A stretch of 64,000 bases of DNA from Chiloscyllium plagiosum (lineage: Eukaryota), in assembly GCF_004010195.1 (NCBI RefSeq), contig NC_057749.1, positions 16,766,901 through 16,830,900 on the forward strand, in the 5' to 3' direction. Below, one piece after another: positions 37,820 to 49,500 of this stretch; the first letter of the stretch is position 1, and the number at the start of each line of letters is the position of its first letter. A model generated the notes under the pieces. The model was not told the DNA's origin. It worked only from the letters and a program-made list of their open reading frames with translations, and ran no database searches. Both the position numbers and the translations under genes were made by a program.

Positions 37820-38775
37820 GCCATTTATGTAAATGATTTGGATGTGAGCATGTGAGGTATAGTTAGTAAGTTTGCAACAAACTTTTGACACCAAAATTGG
37901 AAGTGTAGTGGACAGCGAAGAAGGCTACCTGAGATTACAGTGGGATCGTATTCAGATGGGCCGATAGGCTGAGAAGTGGCAGATGGAGTTTAATTCAGAT
38001 AAATTCATTTTAGGAAAGCAAATTTTAGCAGGGCTTATACACTTAGTGGTAAGGTCCTAGGGAGTGTTGCTGAACAAAGAGATCTTGGAGTGCAGATTCA
38101 TAGCTCCTTGAAAGTGGAGTCACAGGTAGATGGGATAGTGAAGAAGGCATTTGGTATGCTTCCCTTTATTGGTCAGAGTATTGAGTACAGGAGTTGGGAG
38201 GTCATGTTGCAGCTGTACAGGACATTGGTTAAGCCACTATTGAAATGTGTGCAATTCTGGTCTTCCTATTGGAAGGATGTTGTGAAACTTGAAAGGATTC
38301 AGAATAGATTTACAAGGATGTTGCCAGGGTTGGAGGATTTGAGCTATAGGGAAAGGTTGAATAGACTGGGGCTGTTTTCCCTGGAGCTTTGGAGGCTGCA
38401 GGGCAACCTTATAGAGGTTTACAAAATCATGAGGGGCATGGATTGGGTAAATAGGCAAGGTTTTTTCCCTGGGCCGGGGCAGTCTGGAATCGTGGCATAT
38501 GTTTAGGGTGAGAGGGGAAAGATATAAAAGAGACCTAAGGCTTAATGTTTTCACACAGAGGGTGGTACGTGTATGGAATGAGCTGCCAGAGGAAGAGGTG
38601 AAGGCTATTATAACGCAACATTTAAAAGGCATCTGAATGGATATATGAATAGAAAGGGTTTGGAGGGATATGGGCCAGGTGTTGGCAAGTGGGACTGAAT
38701 TGGGTTGGGCTATCTGGTCAGCATAGACTTGTTGGACCGAAGGGTCTGTTTCTGTGCTGTAAATCTCTATGACTT
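37820..38775 (+). mobile_element. CR1 LINE ORF2 3' part with tail
   Basis: [23 protein letters not shown]...LYRTLVKPLL; tail GGACCGAAGGGTCTGTTTCTGTGCTGT. Confidence 0.92.
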
Positions 38776-39212
38776 GCATTTTTATAGCTCTTCCCGCAAC
38801 TAAAGTGTTTCCCAAGTGTTTGAAATTTAGTCACCAGTGTGGGTAAAGTGTAGCCAAGACCGGCACAGCAAGATCCCCCACACAGAAGTGGTAATGAGCA
38901 TGAGGTTTTTCTGACATATTAATTGAGGGATGAACATAAGTCCGAGATACTGGGATAACTCCTCTGTTTTTCTTTGCAACTACCATGGGACCTTTCGAAA
39001 AGCCTTCTGTACTATGCCAATGTCACTTTTCCTTTTCCCATTTTAACCTCGAATGGGATTTGATCCAAAACCTTAAGTTGGAGACCAGGGCTTAGCACAC
39101 CTGTAACATCAAGTGCCAGAGGTGCCCCAGCAAGTTCCCCACCAACTCTCAAACCATCCTGGCCTGGAATTATATTGTCATTCACAGCCTCTCATTGATG
39201 CTCCCTCCACAT

Positions 39213-39760
39213 TGGTTAGGCCACTGTATGGAATATTGCGTGGAATTCTGGTCTCCCTATCGGAAGGATGTTGTGAAACTTGAAAGGGTTCAGAAAAGAT
39301 TTACAAGGATGTTGCCAGGGTTGGAGGATTTGAGCTATAGGGAGAGACTCAATAGGCTGGGCTGTTTTCCCTGGAGCGTCGGAGGCTGAGGGGTGACCTT
39401 ATAGAGCTTTATAAAATCTTGGGCATGGATAGGGTGAATAGACATAGTCTTTTCCTTGGGGTGGGGGAAGTCCAGAACTAGGGGGCATAGGTTTAGGGTG
39501 AGAGGGGAAAGATTTGAAAGGGACCTAAGGGGCAATGTTTTCACACAGAGAGTGGTATGTGTATGGAATGAGCTGCCAGAGGAAGTGGTGGAGGCTGGTG
39601 CTATTACAACATTTAAAAAGCCATCTGGATAGGTATATTAATTGGAAGGGTTCAGAGGGATATGGGTCAAGCGCTGGCAAATGGAGAGAGATTTATTTAG
39701 GATATCAGGACGAGTTGGACTGAAGGGTTTGTTTCCATGCTGTACAGTTCTATGTCTGTA
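39213..39760 (+). mobile_element. CR1 LINE 3' fragment
   Basis: [28 protein letters not shown] plus 3' tail. Confidence 0.9.
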
Positions 39761-40501
39761 GTGGGTGTACCTACAGCACACAGACTGCAGTGGCTTACAA
39801 CCACTTCACGGGCAACAAATATAGGTCTTGCCAATGGCATGCAGATTCTGAGTGAGGTTGAAAAGGAGAGATGATCTTGTCTAGCAATAGAAGGACTGGG
39901 AATCAGTCTTTTTAAAATTTTAAATGCAATTATCCTGAAAGATTCCTATCCAACTTGCCAGTTGTGGCCTGAATCTGATGTGGCCAGGTCAGTGCTGATG
40001 GACTGGAGGAGGGAGCTGGAACCTGCCTCTTGGTGGGAAGGGTGCAAACTGAGAGAGAACAATGAAATTTCGGATTGAAGTCTTCCTGAGGTGTACATTC
40101 AGCAATCTCCAGGTCGTTGCTGTACTGAAGAGTTTAAAGTGTTTGTCCCAGGTTCTATTTTCCACATGTTAAGACGGGTTTAAGGAGCCTCAGAGGATTA
40201 GCAGCTAATCTCTGCTTTAATGCTGGTTCAACATAAATTTGACATTCCTGCTGGAAGATCAGCTTCTGCCCACACCGTCTCCAAACTGGTCAGCTAGGAA
40301 ACCTTGTTCATCTGGAGTTACTGCTCGATATTAGAGTAAATTTTAACAGTGTGTGGGGCTTTTCTTTTTGGATTGCTTTGCTGCAGCATGCTGTTGGGGT
40401 TGCCAGCACTGCACGGCCTGTTGCAAAGGAGCCGACACATTGCTCAGGGCTCGTTCAACTTGTGGGTCCCCTGACCTTGGAGATCTGCAATTTGTGGGGG
40501 T

Positions 40502-40528
40502 ATGTGTGAGCGCAGTTTCCGAGCACAG
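40502..40528 (+). CDS. SERINC4: SERINC4 probable coding exon 1 (MCERSFRAQ)
   Basis: ATG followed by a strong donor CAG|gtaagc in phase 0, matching exon 2. Nine codons ending in Q, like the SERINC5 first exon. No homology check was possible. Confidence 0.6.
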
Positions 40529-43500
40529 GTAAGCAGCAACCTGGAGAGGAGATTATCTGTCATCCCCGGGAGGACCCAGGTTGCAGGGTAGCGGGGTTTT
40601 GGAGGACAGGAACCGGGTGGTAGAGGCAGAGGACAACGAGCAAACAGATATGAGTAAAGTCCTAGTCCCCATAAATAAAAGGTGTGAGACTTGTGTAAAC
40701 TTTAGGAGAAAGAAAGGGTGGAACGGTGGCTCAGTGGTTAGCACTGCTGCCTCGCAGTGCCAGGCACCTGGGTTCGATTCCACCCTCAGGTGATTGTGTG
40801 GAGTTTGCATGTTCTCCCCGTGTCTGTGTGATTTCCTCCGGGTGTTCCACTTTCCTCCCATACTCCAAAGATTTGCAGCTTAAGTGAATTGGCCATATTA
40901 GATTGCGTAGTGTCCAGCATGGGAAATACAGGGACAGGGTGACATGTTCTTCAGAGGGCTGGTGTGGACTCGATGGGCTAAATGGCCTGCTTCCACACTG
41001 TATGGATTATTTGATTCTATATCTTTATTGGACCACAGTGAGATGAGAGAGAAATGGGTCGAGTAGTGGGATGGGGAGTTGAAGTCAAAGCAGCTGGTGT
41101 TTGAATCAGATTGATAGTAGGGAAAATGAGATTTAAGATGATGAATGGCTTCCAGAACCAGCCAGCACTGTCAGAGGGTCAGTGCTGAGGGAGTGCCGCA
41201 CTGTCAGAGGGTCAGTGCTGAGGGAGTGCTGCACTGTCAGATGGTCAGTGCTGAGGGAGTGCCGCAATGTCGGAGGGTCAGTGCTGATGTGGTGACGCAC
41301 AGTCAGAGGGTCAGTGCTGAGGGAGTGCCGCACTGTCAGAGGGTCAGTGCTGATGTGGTGACGCACTGTCAGAGGGTCAGTGCTGAGGGAGTGCCGCACT
41401 GTCAGAGGGTCAGTGCTGAGGGAGTGTCGCACTGTCGGAGGGTCAGTGCTTAGGGAGTGCGGCACTGTCGGAGGGTCAGTGCTGAGGGAGTGCCGCACTG
41501 TCGGAGGGTCATTGCTGAGGGAGTGCAGCACTGTCGGAGGGTCATTGCTGAGGGAGAGCCGCACTGTCGGAGGGTCTGTGCTGAGGGAATGCCACACTGT
41601 CAGAGGGTCAGTGCTGAGGGAGTGCCGTGCTGTCGGAGGGTCAGTGCTGAGCAAGTGTCGCACTATCAGAGGGTCAGTGCTGAGGGAGTGCCGCGCTGTC
41701 AGAGGGTCAGTGCTGAGGGAGTGCCGCACTGTCGGAGGATCGGTGCTGAGGGAGTGCCACACTGTCGGAGGATTAGTGCTGAGGGAGTTCTGCAGTGTTG
41801 GAGGGTCAGTACTGAGGATGTGTCACACTGTTGGAGGGTCAGTGCTGAGGGAGTGCCGCACTTTCAAAGGGTCAGTATTGAGGGAGTGCTGCACTGTTGG
41901 AGGGTCTGTGCTGAGGAAGTGCCGCACTGTTGGAGGGTCAATGCTGAGAGAGTGCCACGTTGTCGGAGGGTCAGTGCTGAGGGAATTTTGCAGCGTTACA
42001 GGGTCAGTGCTGAGGGAGCACCACACTGTCGGAGGGTCAGTGCTGAGGGAGTGACGCACCGTGAAATGGTCAATGCTGAGGTAGTGCGGCACTATCTTCC
42101 ATTTCAGCAGTGATGACAATTCAGCAAATAATGAATTGGCCGAAAGCAGTTAGGAACTTGAGTGTGAAAGGGATTATGTAAGTACAACTTTTTTTCCGGG
42201 ATTTCTGATTTATTTCTGCGCCAAATTTATCGTGGGAATTAACACATTGCCAGCACCTGCAGTTTTATTGGGAGATGCACCTTCGAGAGCAGACCCCAAC
42301 GGAGAACGGTGTCTCTGCCATAAACTGAGTTACTGATCTCAGTCAATGCAGCTGAAAGGGACTGTGGTATTAATGAAAGAGCCACATGAAGAAACATTGC
42401 CTTTGGATTTTGCATAGTGAAGTCAGGGTCTCTTGCTATCTGACCACACATCAGAAAAAATAAAACTTGTGCAAACAGTGGCTTTTTAATTAATATCCCG
42501 GTGAGATTCAGCCCCTTCAGGAACTGTATCCCAGTGAGAGACAGCCCCTTCAGGAACTGTGTCCCAGTGAGAGTCAGCACCTTCAGGAATTGTATCCCAG
42601 TGACAGCACCTTCAGGAACTGTATCCCAGTGAGAATCAGCACCTTCAGGAACTCTATACCAGTGAGATTCAGCCCCTTCAGGAACTGTATCCCAATGAGA
42701 GTCAGCCCCTTCAGGAACAGTGTCCCAGTGAGAGTCAGCACCTTCAGGAACTGTGTCCCAGTGAGAGTCAGCACCTTCAGGAACTGTGTCCCAGTGAGAG
42801 TCAGAACCTTCAGGAACTGTATCCCAGTGAGAGTCAGCACCTTCAGGAACTGTATCTCAGTGAGAGTCAGCACCTTCAGGAACTGTATCCCAGTGAGAGT
42901 CAGAACCTTCAGGAACTGTATCTCAGTGAGAGTCAGCCCCTTCAGGAACTGTGTCCCAGTGAGAGTCAGCACCTTCAGGAACAGTATCTCAGTGAGAGTC
43001 AGCACCTTCAGGAACTGTATCCCAGTGAGAGTCAGCATCTTCAGGAACTGTATCCCAGTGAGAGCCAGCACCTTCAGGAACTGTATCCCGGTGAGAATCT
43101 GCAACTTCAGGAACTGTATCCCAGTGAGAATCTGCACCTTCAGGAACTGTATCCCAGTGAGAGTCAGCCCCTTCAGGAACTGTATCCCAGTGAGAGTCAG
43201 CACCTTCAGTAACTGTATCCCGGTGAGAATCTGCACCTTCAGGAACTGTCTCCCAGTGAGAGTCAGCCCCTTCAGGAACTGTATCCCAGTGCGAGTCAGC
43301 AGCTTCAGGAACTCTCTCCCGGTGAGAGTCAATGCCTTCAGGAAGGGATTGAATTTTTTGAATGCCAATTTTAGACCGAGACAACTTTTATAGTGTGGGT
43401 TAAAATTGTATTCAAATTAATCAACAGTACTGTGTACATTTATTGCCCCAGTGTTTGAAAACCTGATGGAACACACTCCTCTCCAGGTTTACAGAGCAAG

Positions 43501-46500
43501 CCACTTGGATTTTTGGAGCATGGCAAATTCTGACAGTTCTGTTTATCACCTGGAGAGTTTAGACCATAAGACATAGGAGTGGAAGTAAGGCCATTCGGCC
43601 CATCGAGTTTGTACCTCATGAGATTGTTTGCTAGATCCTTCCAGAAAGCATTGAGTTAACGACATGTGAGTTTTCCTGTCCACCCCGAGTTGTTAACAAT
43701 GGGAGATTACTTACTTTGAAGAGTATTGTCAAACCTACACACTGAAAATTTACATTCTCGGGTTTCTGATTCAGAAATTGCAAAGTTTCATGTTAATTGA
43801 AGCCTCCCATTATAGTGGGATTTGTGCCTGTGTCTGTTGTTTTTTCTTGTTGCCAGCAGTGCTATAAAGCTACAGCATGGGACAACAGGCTTATTGTGTT
43901 TCAGGGTAATGTGCCAGAAGTGTACAGCCACTCACTCAGTCTCAGAGAGCGGGCAGACAGACAGCTTCATTCTGCCACTCTACCTGTCATTACAAACTGG
44001 AATGGAGTGCTGGGTCTCTTCTGGCTGAGAACATCCAAAAGGCAAACCAATTTGGCGATTTTCAATGGGGTGGCTGAGACTGCCAACTCGTTACTGTTCT
44101 GCTGAAGGTCATCATCACGATGTAGCATGAACTGAACAAATATGCTCCTGAGGCCACCGACTTGGGAACTGTGAAAAATATTGAGCTACTCCCATCATAG
44201 GAGGTGTCATGGGGAAAATATAGCAACACTTTCCCAGGGTAATAGAGCGGGCAATTTCATTGTAGAGGGAGCTTTACTCTACATCTAGCCCCGTGCTGTA
44301 CCTATTCTGGGAGAGTTTGATGGGGGACAGTGTAGAAGGAGATGTGCAGTGTAACTAACCCCCATGCTGTCCCTGTCCTGGAACTGATGGGGGGTAGTGT
44401 AGAGGGAGCTTTACTCTGTATCTAATCCCATGCTGTCCCTGTCCTGGGAGAGTTTGATGGGGAACAGTGTAGAGGAAGCTTTACTCTGTATCTAATCCCA
44501 TGCTGTCCCTCTCCTGGGAGTGTTTGATGGGGGACAATGTAGAGGGAGCTTTACTCTGTATCTAACCCCATGCTGTCCCTGTCCTGGGAGTGTTTGATGG
44601 GGGACGGTGTAGAGGGAGCTTTACTCTGTATCTAATCCGTGTTGTCCCTGTCCTGGGAGTGTTTGATGGGAGACAGTGTAGAGGGAGCTTTACTCTCTAT
44701 CTAACCCTGTGCTGTCCCTGTCCTGGGAGTGTTGTATGGGGACAATGTAGAGGGGCTTTACTCTATGTCTAATGCTGTGCTGTCCCCGTCCTGGGAGAGG
44801 TTGATGAAGGACAATAGGGGAACTGAAGTGGAATATGACCCCTTTCCAAATTGGACAGTACTTAATTTGATGAAGAAGATCTTCCTGGGTTAGATAGGGC
44901 TGTGCAGAAGGTGCAGCATCCTGGGGGTAGGTCCTGTTTCCTGGGTGTTGCCTGCTGTAAATTGATGTTCCATTTTGTTCCTCTCAGATTAGCTGCTGCT
45001 GCGGCCCTTCGCCCTGCTCTCTGTGCTGTCCCTTCCTGCCAGGAATTAAAGTCTCTTCTGGGTCCCGGCTGATGTACACCCTGTATCATATTGTCAGCTC
45101 CACTGGCTGCTGCCTCCTGCTCTCCAGGACAGTTGCAGAGTCAGTGAGAGAGAGAGTAAGTACAAACCATGGGTTCACATCAAACTGTAATCCACTCTGC
45201 GCCTTCTCTCTCCAGCAAAATCCTAGCAAGCCCTCACTTCCTCCTTCCTATCTCTGTCATCTCCAGTGCTGCTGTCCTCTGAGTTCCAAATGTCCTCCTT
45301 TTTCCTCTTTCCCACCTGCAATGTTCAATTCTTCCACCAAGAGGAGGCAGTATACATGGTACAGGATCAACTGTTTGAGTAGAGTTAGTGATGGGAGAGT
45401 GTACATGGGCTGTGGGGCAACCAGGCGGTGAGCTGAGTGAGATCTCTCACCCTCACACTGATGTGAATGCTTTTTAATGACTGTTGTGTTTCAACTCTCC
45501 TTAACCTGTCGATATTTAGCATGGTTGGATTTTTCTTTTGCAAAAATATTATTTAACAAAAAATTACAAAATAATTCAAATCAGACAGTACAGAAAACAT
45601 AACAAATATCACCTTTCTCAGGTGAGTACTTTCTACTCTGCGGCGCCTCTATTTGAACTAACAAGTAACTACCTTTATTCCAGTAGAAACTACAAGGGTT
45701 TCAGTAAATTAGTGGCCACATGCTACATAATAACAGAAAGTTCTCAGACAGTGCCTCTGCCCCAGACTTTCGTCCCTCAGCACCTCACCCCAGACTATGG
45801 AACCTGCTGCCCCACTGAGAGAGCCAGACATTTTGGGCAGAAGAAAGATTGCATCTCACGGAGTTGATGGTGCTGCAGGAATAGTTGATGTTGGTTCCAT
45901 TTCTCATGTTGAGCCTATGCTGCAGCAGTTTGACTCTCTCTGTTTCTCTCTCTCTCTCTCTCTGTCTCTGCTGCAGGTGCCTTTCTTCAGGTCTTTCTGT
46001 GAACAGTTGCAGCCAGGCTCAGACTGTGACATGTTAATTGGATATTCGGCGGTGTACAGAGTGTGTTTCGGCACAGCCTGCTTCTACCTGCTCCTCTGTG
46101 TGTTCCTCTTCAACGTCAAGTCCAGTCGGGATTACAGAGCCCTGATTCACAACGGGTAACCAGAGGATCTAAACCTGTCTCTGTGTGAGAGAGACTGTAA
46201 CAATACCAAACCAATCACTGCACACACACTCATTGATCCATTCCCTTGTTGACCAATCATTGCCTGCACGTTGACCTGCTTAATTTTCTCTGAAAGGGTC
46301 ACAATTTCTCAGTTTGATTTTAAACTCACGTCTCCACATTTCCACATTTTCTTGATCAAACATTCCTCACTGTGGCTGATAGCACTCTCACAGTGACACT
46401 CTATTACTCTATCTCAGTCTCACTCTCTTATTCTGTTACTCTGTCTTGGTCTGTCTCTCTGTTACACACTCACTCTCTTATTCTGTCTCAATATCACTCA

Positions 46501-49500
46501 CTCACTTACTCTGTCTCAGTCTCACTCACTCTTACTCTGTTACTTTGTCTCAGTCTCACTCACTCTTACTCACTCTGTTACTTTGTCTCAGTCTCACTAT
46601 CCTACTGTGTCTCTGTCACACTCATTCTATTACTCACTCTCTCTGTTAGTCACTCACTCTGTTACTCTGTCTCAGTCTCTCACTCACTGTTACTCACTCT
46701 GTTACTCAGTCTCTCACTCACTCTGTTACTCTGTCTCAGTCTCTCACTCACTGTTACTCACTATGTTACTGTCTCAGTCTCTCACTCACTGTTACTCACT
46801 ATGTTACTGTCTCAGTCTCTCACTCACTGTTACTCACTATGTTACTGTCTCAGTCTCTCACTCACTGTTACTCACTATGTTACTGTCTCAGTCTCTCACT
46901 CACTGTTACTCACTATGTTACTGTCTCAGTCTCTCACTCACTGTTACTCACTATGTTACTGTCTCAGTCTCTCACTCACTGTTACTCACTATGTTACTGT
47001 CTCAGTCTCTCACTCACTGTTACTCACTATGTTACTGTCTCAGTCTCTCACTCACTGTTACTCACTATGTTACTGTCTCAGTCTCTCACTCACTGTTACT
47101 CACTATGTTACTGTCTCAGTCTCTCACTCACTGTTACTCACTATGTTACTGTCTCAGTCTCTCACTCACTGTTACTCACTATGTTACTGTCTCAGTCTCT
47201 CACTCACTGTTACTCACTATGTTACTGTCTCAGTCTCTCACTCACTGTTACTCACTATGTTACTGTCTCAGTCTCTCACTCACTGTTACTCACTATGTTA
47301 CTGTCTCAGTCTCTCACTCACTGTTACTCACTATGTTACTGTCTCAGTCTCTCACTCACTGTTACTCACTATGTTACTGTCTCAGTCTCTCACTCACTGT
47401 TACTCACTATGTTACTGTCTCAGTCTCTCACTCACTGTTACTCACTATGTTACTGTCTCAGTCTCTCACTCACTGTTACTCACTATGTTACTGTCTCAGT
47501 CTCTCACTCACTGTTACTCACTATGTTACTGTCTCAGTCTCTCACTCACTGTTACTCACTATGTTACTGTCTCAGTCTCTCACTCACTGTTACTCACTAT
47601 GTTACTGTCTCAGTCTCTCACTCACTGTTACTCACTATGTTACTGTCTCAGTCTCTCACTCACTGTTACTCACTATGTTACTGTCTCAGTCTCTCACTCA
47701 CTGTTACTCACTATGTTACTGTCTCAGTCTCTCACTCACTGTTACTCACTATGTTACTGTCTCAGTCTCTCACTCACTGTTACTCACTATGTTACTGTCT
47801 CAGTCTCTCACTCACTGTTACTCACTATGTTACTGTCTCAGTCTCTCACTCACTGTTACTCACTATGTTACTGTCTCAGTCTCTCACTCACTGTTACTCA
47901 CTATGTTACTGTCTCAGTCTCTCACTCACTGTTACTCACTATGTTACTGTCTCAGTCTCTCACTCACTGTTACTCACTATGTTACTGTCTCAGTCTCTCA
48001 CTCACTGTTACTCACTATGTTACTGTCTCAGTCTCTCACTCACTGTTACTCACTATGTTACTGTCTCAGTCTCTCACTCACTGTTACTCACTATGTTACT
48101 GTCTCAGTCTCTCACTCACTGTTACTCACTATGTTACTGTCTCAGTCTCTCACTCACTGTTACTCACTATGTTACTGTCTCAGTCTCTCACTCACTGTTA
48201 CTCACTATGTTACTGTCTCAGTCTCTCACTCACTGTTACTCACTATGTTACTGTCTCAGTCTCTCACTCACTGTTACTCACTATGTTACTGTCTCAGTCT
48301 CTCACTCACTGTTACTCACTATGTTACTGTCTCAGTCTCTCACTCACTGTTACTCACTATGTTACTGTCTCAGTCTCTCACTCACTGTTACTCACTATGT
48401 TACTGTCTCAGTCTCTCACTCACTGTTACTCACTATGTTACCAGTCTTTCACTCACTGTTACTCACTCTGTTACTCTGTCTCAGTCTCTCACTCACTCTG
48501 TTACTCTGTCTCAGTCTCTCACTCACTGTTACTCACTCTGTTACTCTGTCTCAGTCTCTCTCACTCATTCTGTTACTCTGTCTCAGTCTCTCACTCTATT
48601 ACTCTGTCTCAGTCTCTCACTCACTATTACTCATTCTGTTACTCTGTCTCAGTCTTTCACTCACTGTTACTCACTCTGTTACTCTGTCTCAGTCTCTCAC
48701 TCACTGTTACTCTGTCTCAGTCTTTCACTCACTGTTACTCACTCTGTTACTCTGTCTCAGTCTCTCACTCACTCTGTTACTCTGTCTCAGTCTCTCACTC
48801 ACTGTTACTCACTCTGTTACTCTGTCTCAGTCTCTCTCACTCATTCTGTTACTCTGTCTCAGTCTCTCACTCACTGTTACTCATTCTGTTACTCTATCTC
48901 ATTCTCTCACTCACTCTGTTACTCTGTCTCAGTCTCTCATTCAATGTTACTCACTCTGTTACTCTGTCTCAGTCTCTCACTCACTCTGTTACTCTGTCTC
49001 AGTCTCTCCCCCGACCTCTGTTACTGTGTCTCAGTCGCTCATTCACTCTGTTACACTGTCTCCGTCTCTCTCACTCATCTCTGTTACTCTGTTTCGGTGT
49101 TATTTACTCTGTTACTCTCTGGTTTAGGTTTTGGTTTGTGAAATTCCTGATGTTGGTCGGCATCTCCGCTGCTGCCTTTTTTATTCCCGATGAGTCGTTT
49201 CTGCACGGTGAGTGAATTTATAAACTTGCTTCACCCCTACAGAGGCAGCTTCCAGTAAACCATCTTGGTAGCTCTGTTTCATGTATGACTCAGAGATAGT
49301 GAGCGGCAACAGAATATTCAACCATGGGGTGCTGCACAGCCTGACCTGGTTGACTCTGGCCCTGATGGTCACCCTCAGACACAGTAGCTGTTACTGCAGT
49401 GTGAACAGGAGCAGGAATTCAGGTAAATCTCCCCTTCCCCACTCCAACCAGATGAGCCAAATGGCCTATTTCTATGTGGTAAAGTCTGACATGAGATTGG

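Noticed and set aside
41165-43345. CRISPR-like arrays (repeat length 32-38 bp)
   Set aside because: Units are head-to-tail without unique spacers, there are no cas genes, and the context is vertebrate.
41133-43393. Mucin-like and leucine-rich-repeat-like ORFs
   Set aside because: 33-bp tandem repeats open on both strands, inside the inferred SERINC4 intron 1.
46372-49215. 947/852/762-aa ORFs, one running in frame into SERINC4 exon 4
   Set aside because: Translation of a stop-free 38-bp satellite. Exon 3 read-through hits TAA immediately (AAC GGG TAA), so intron retention gives no fusion.
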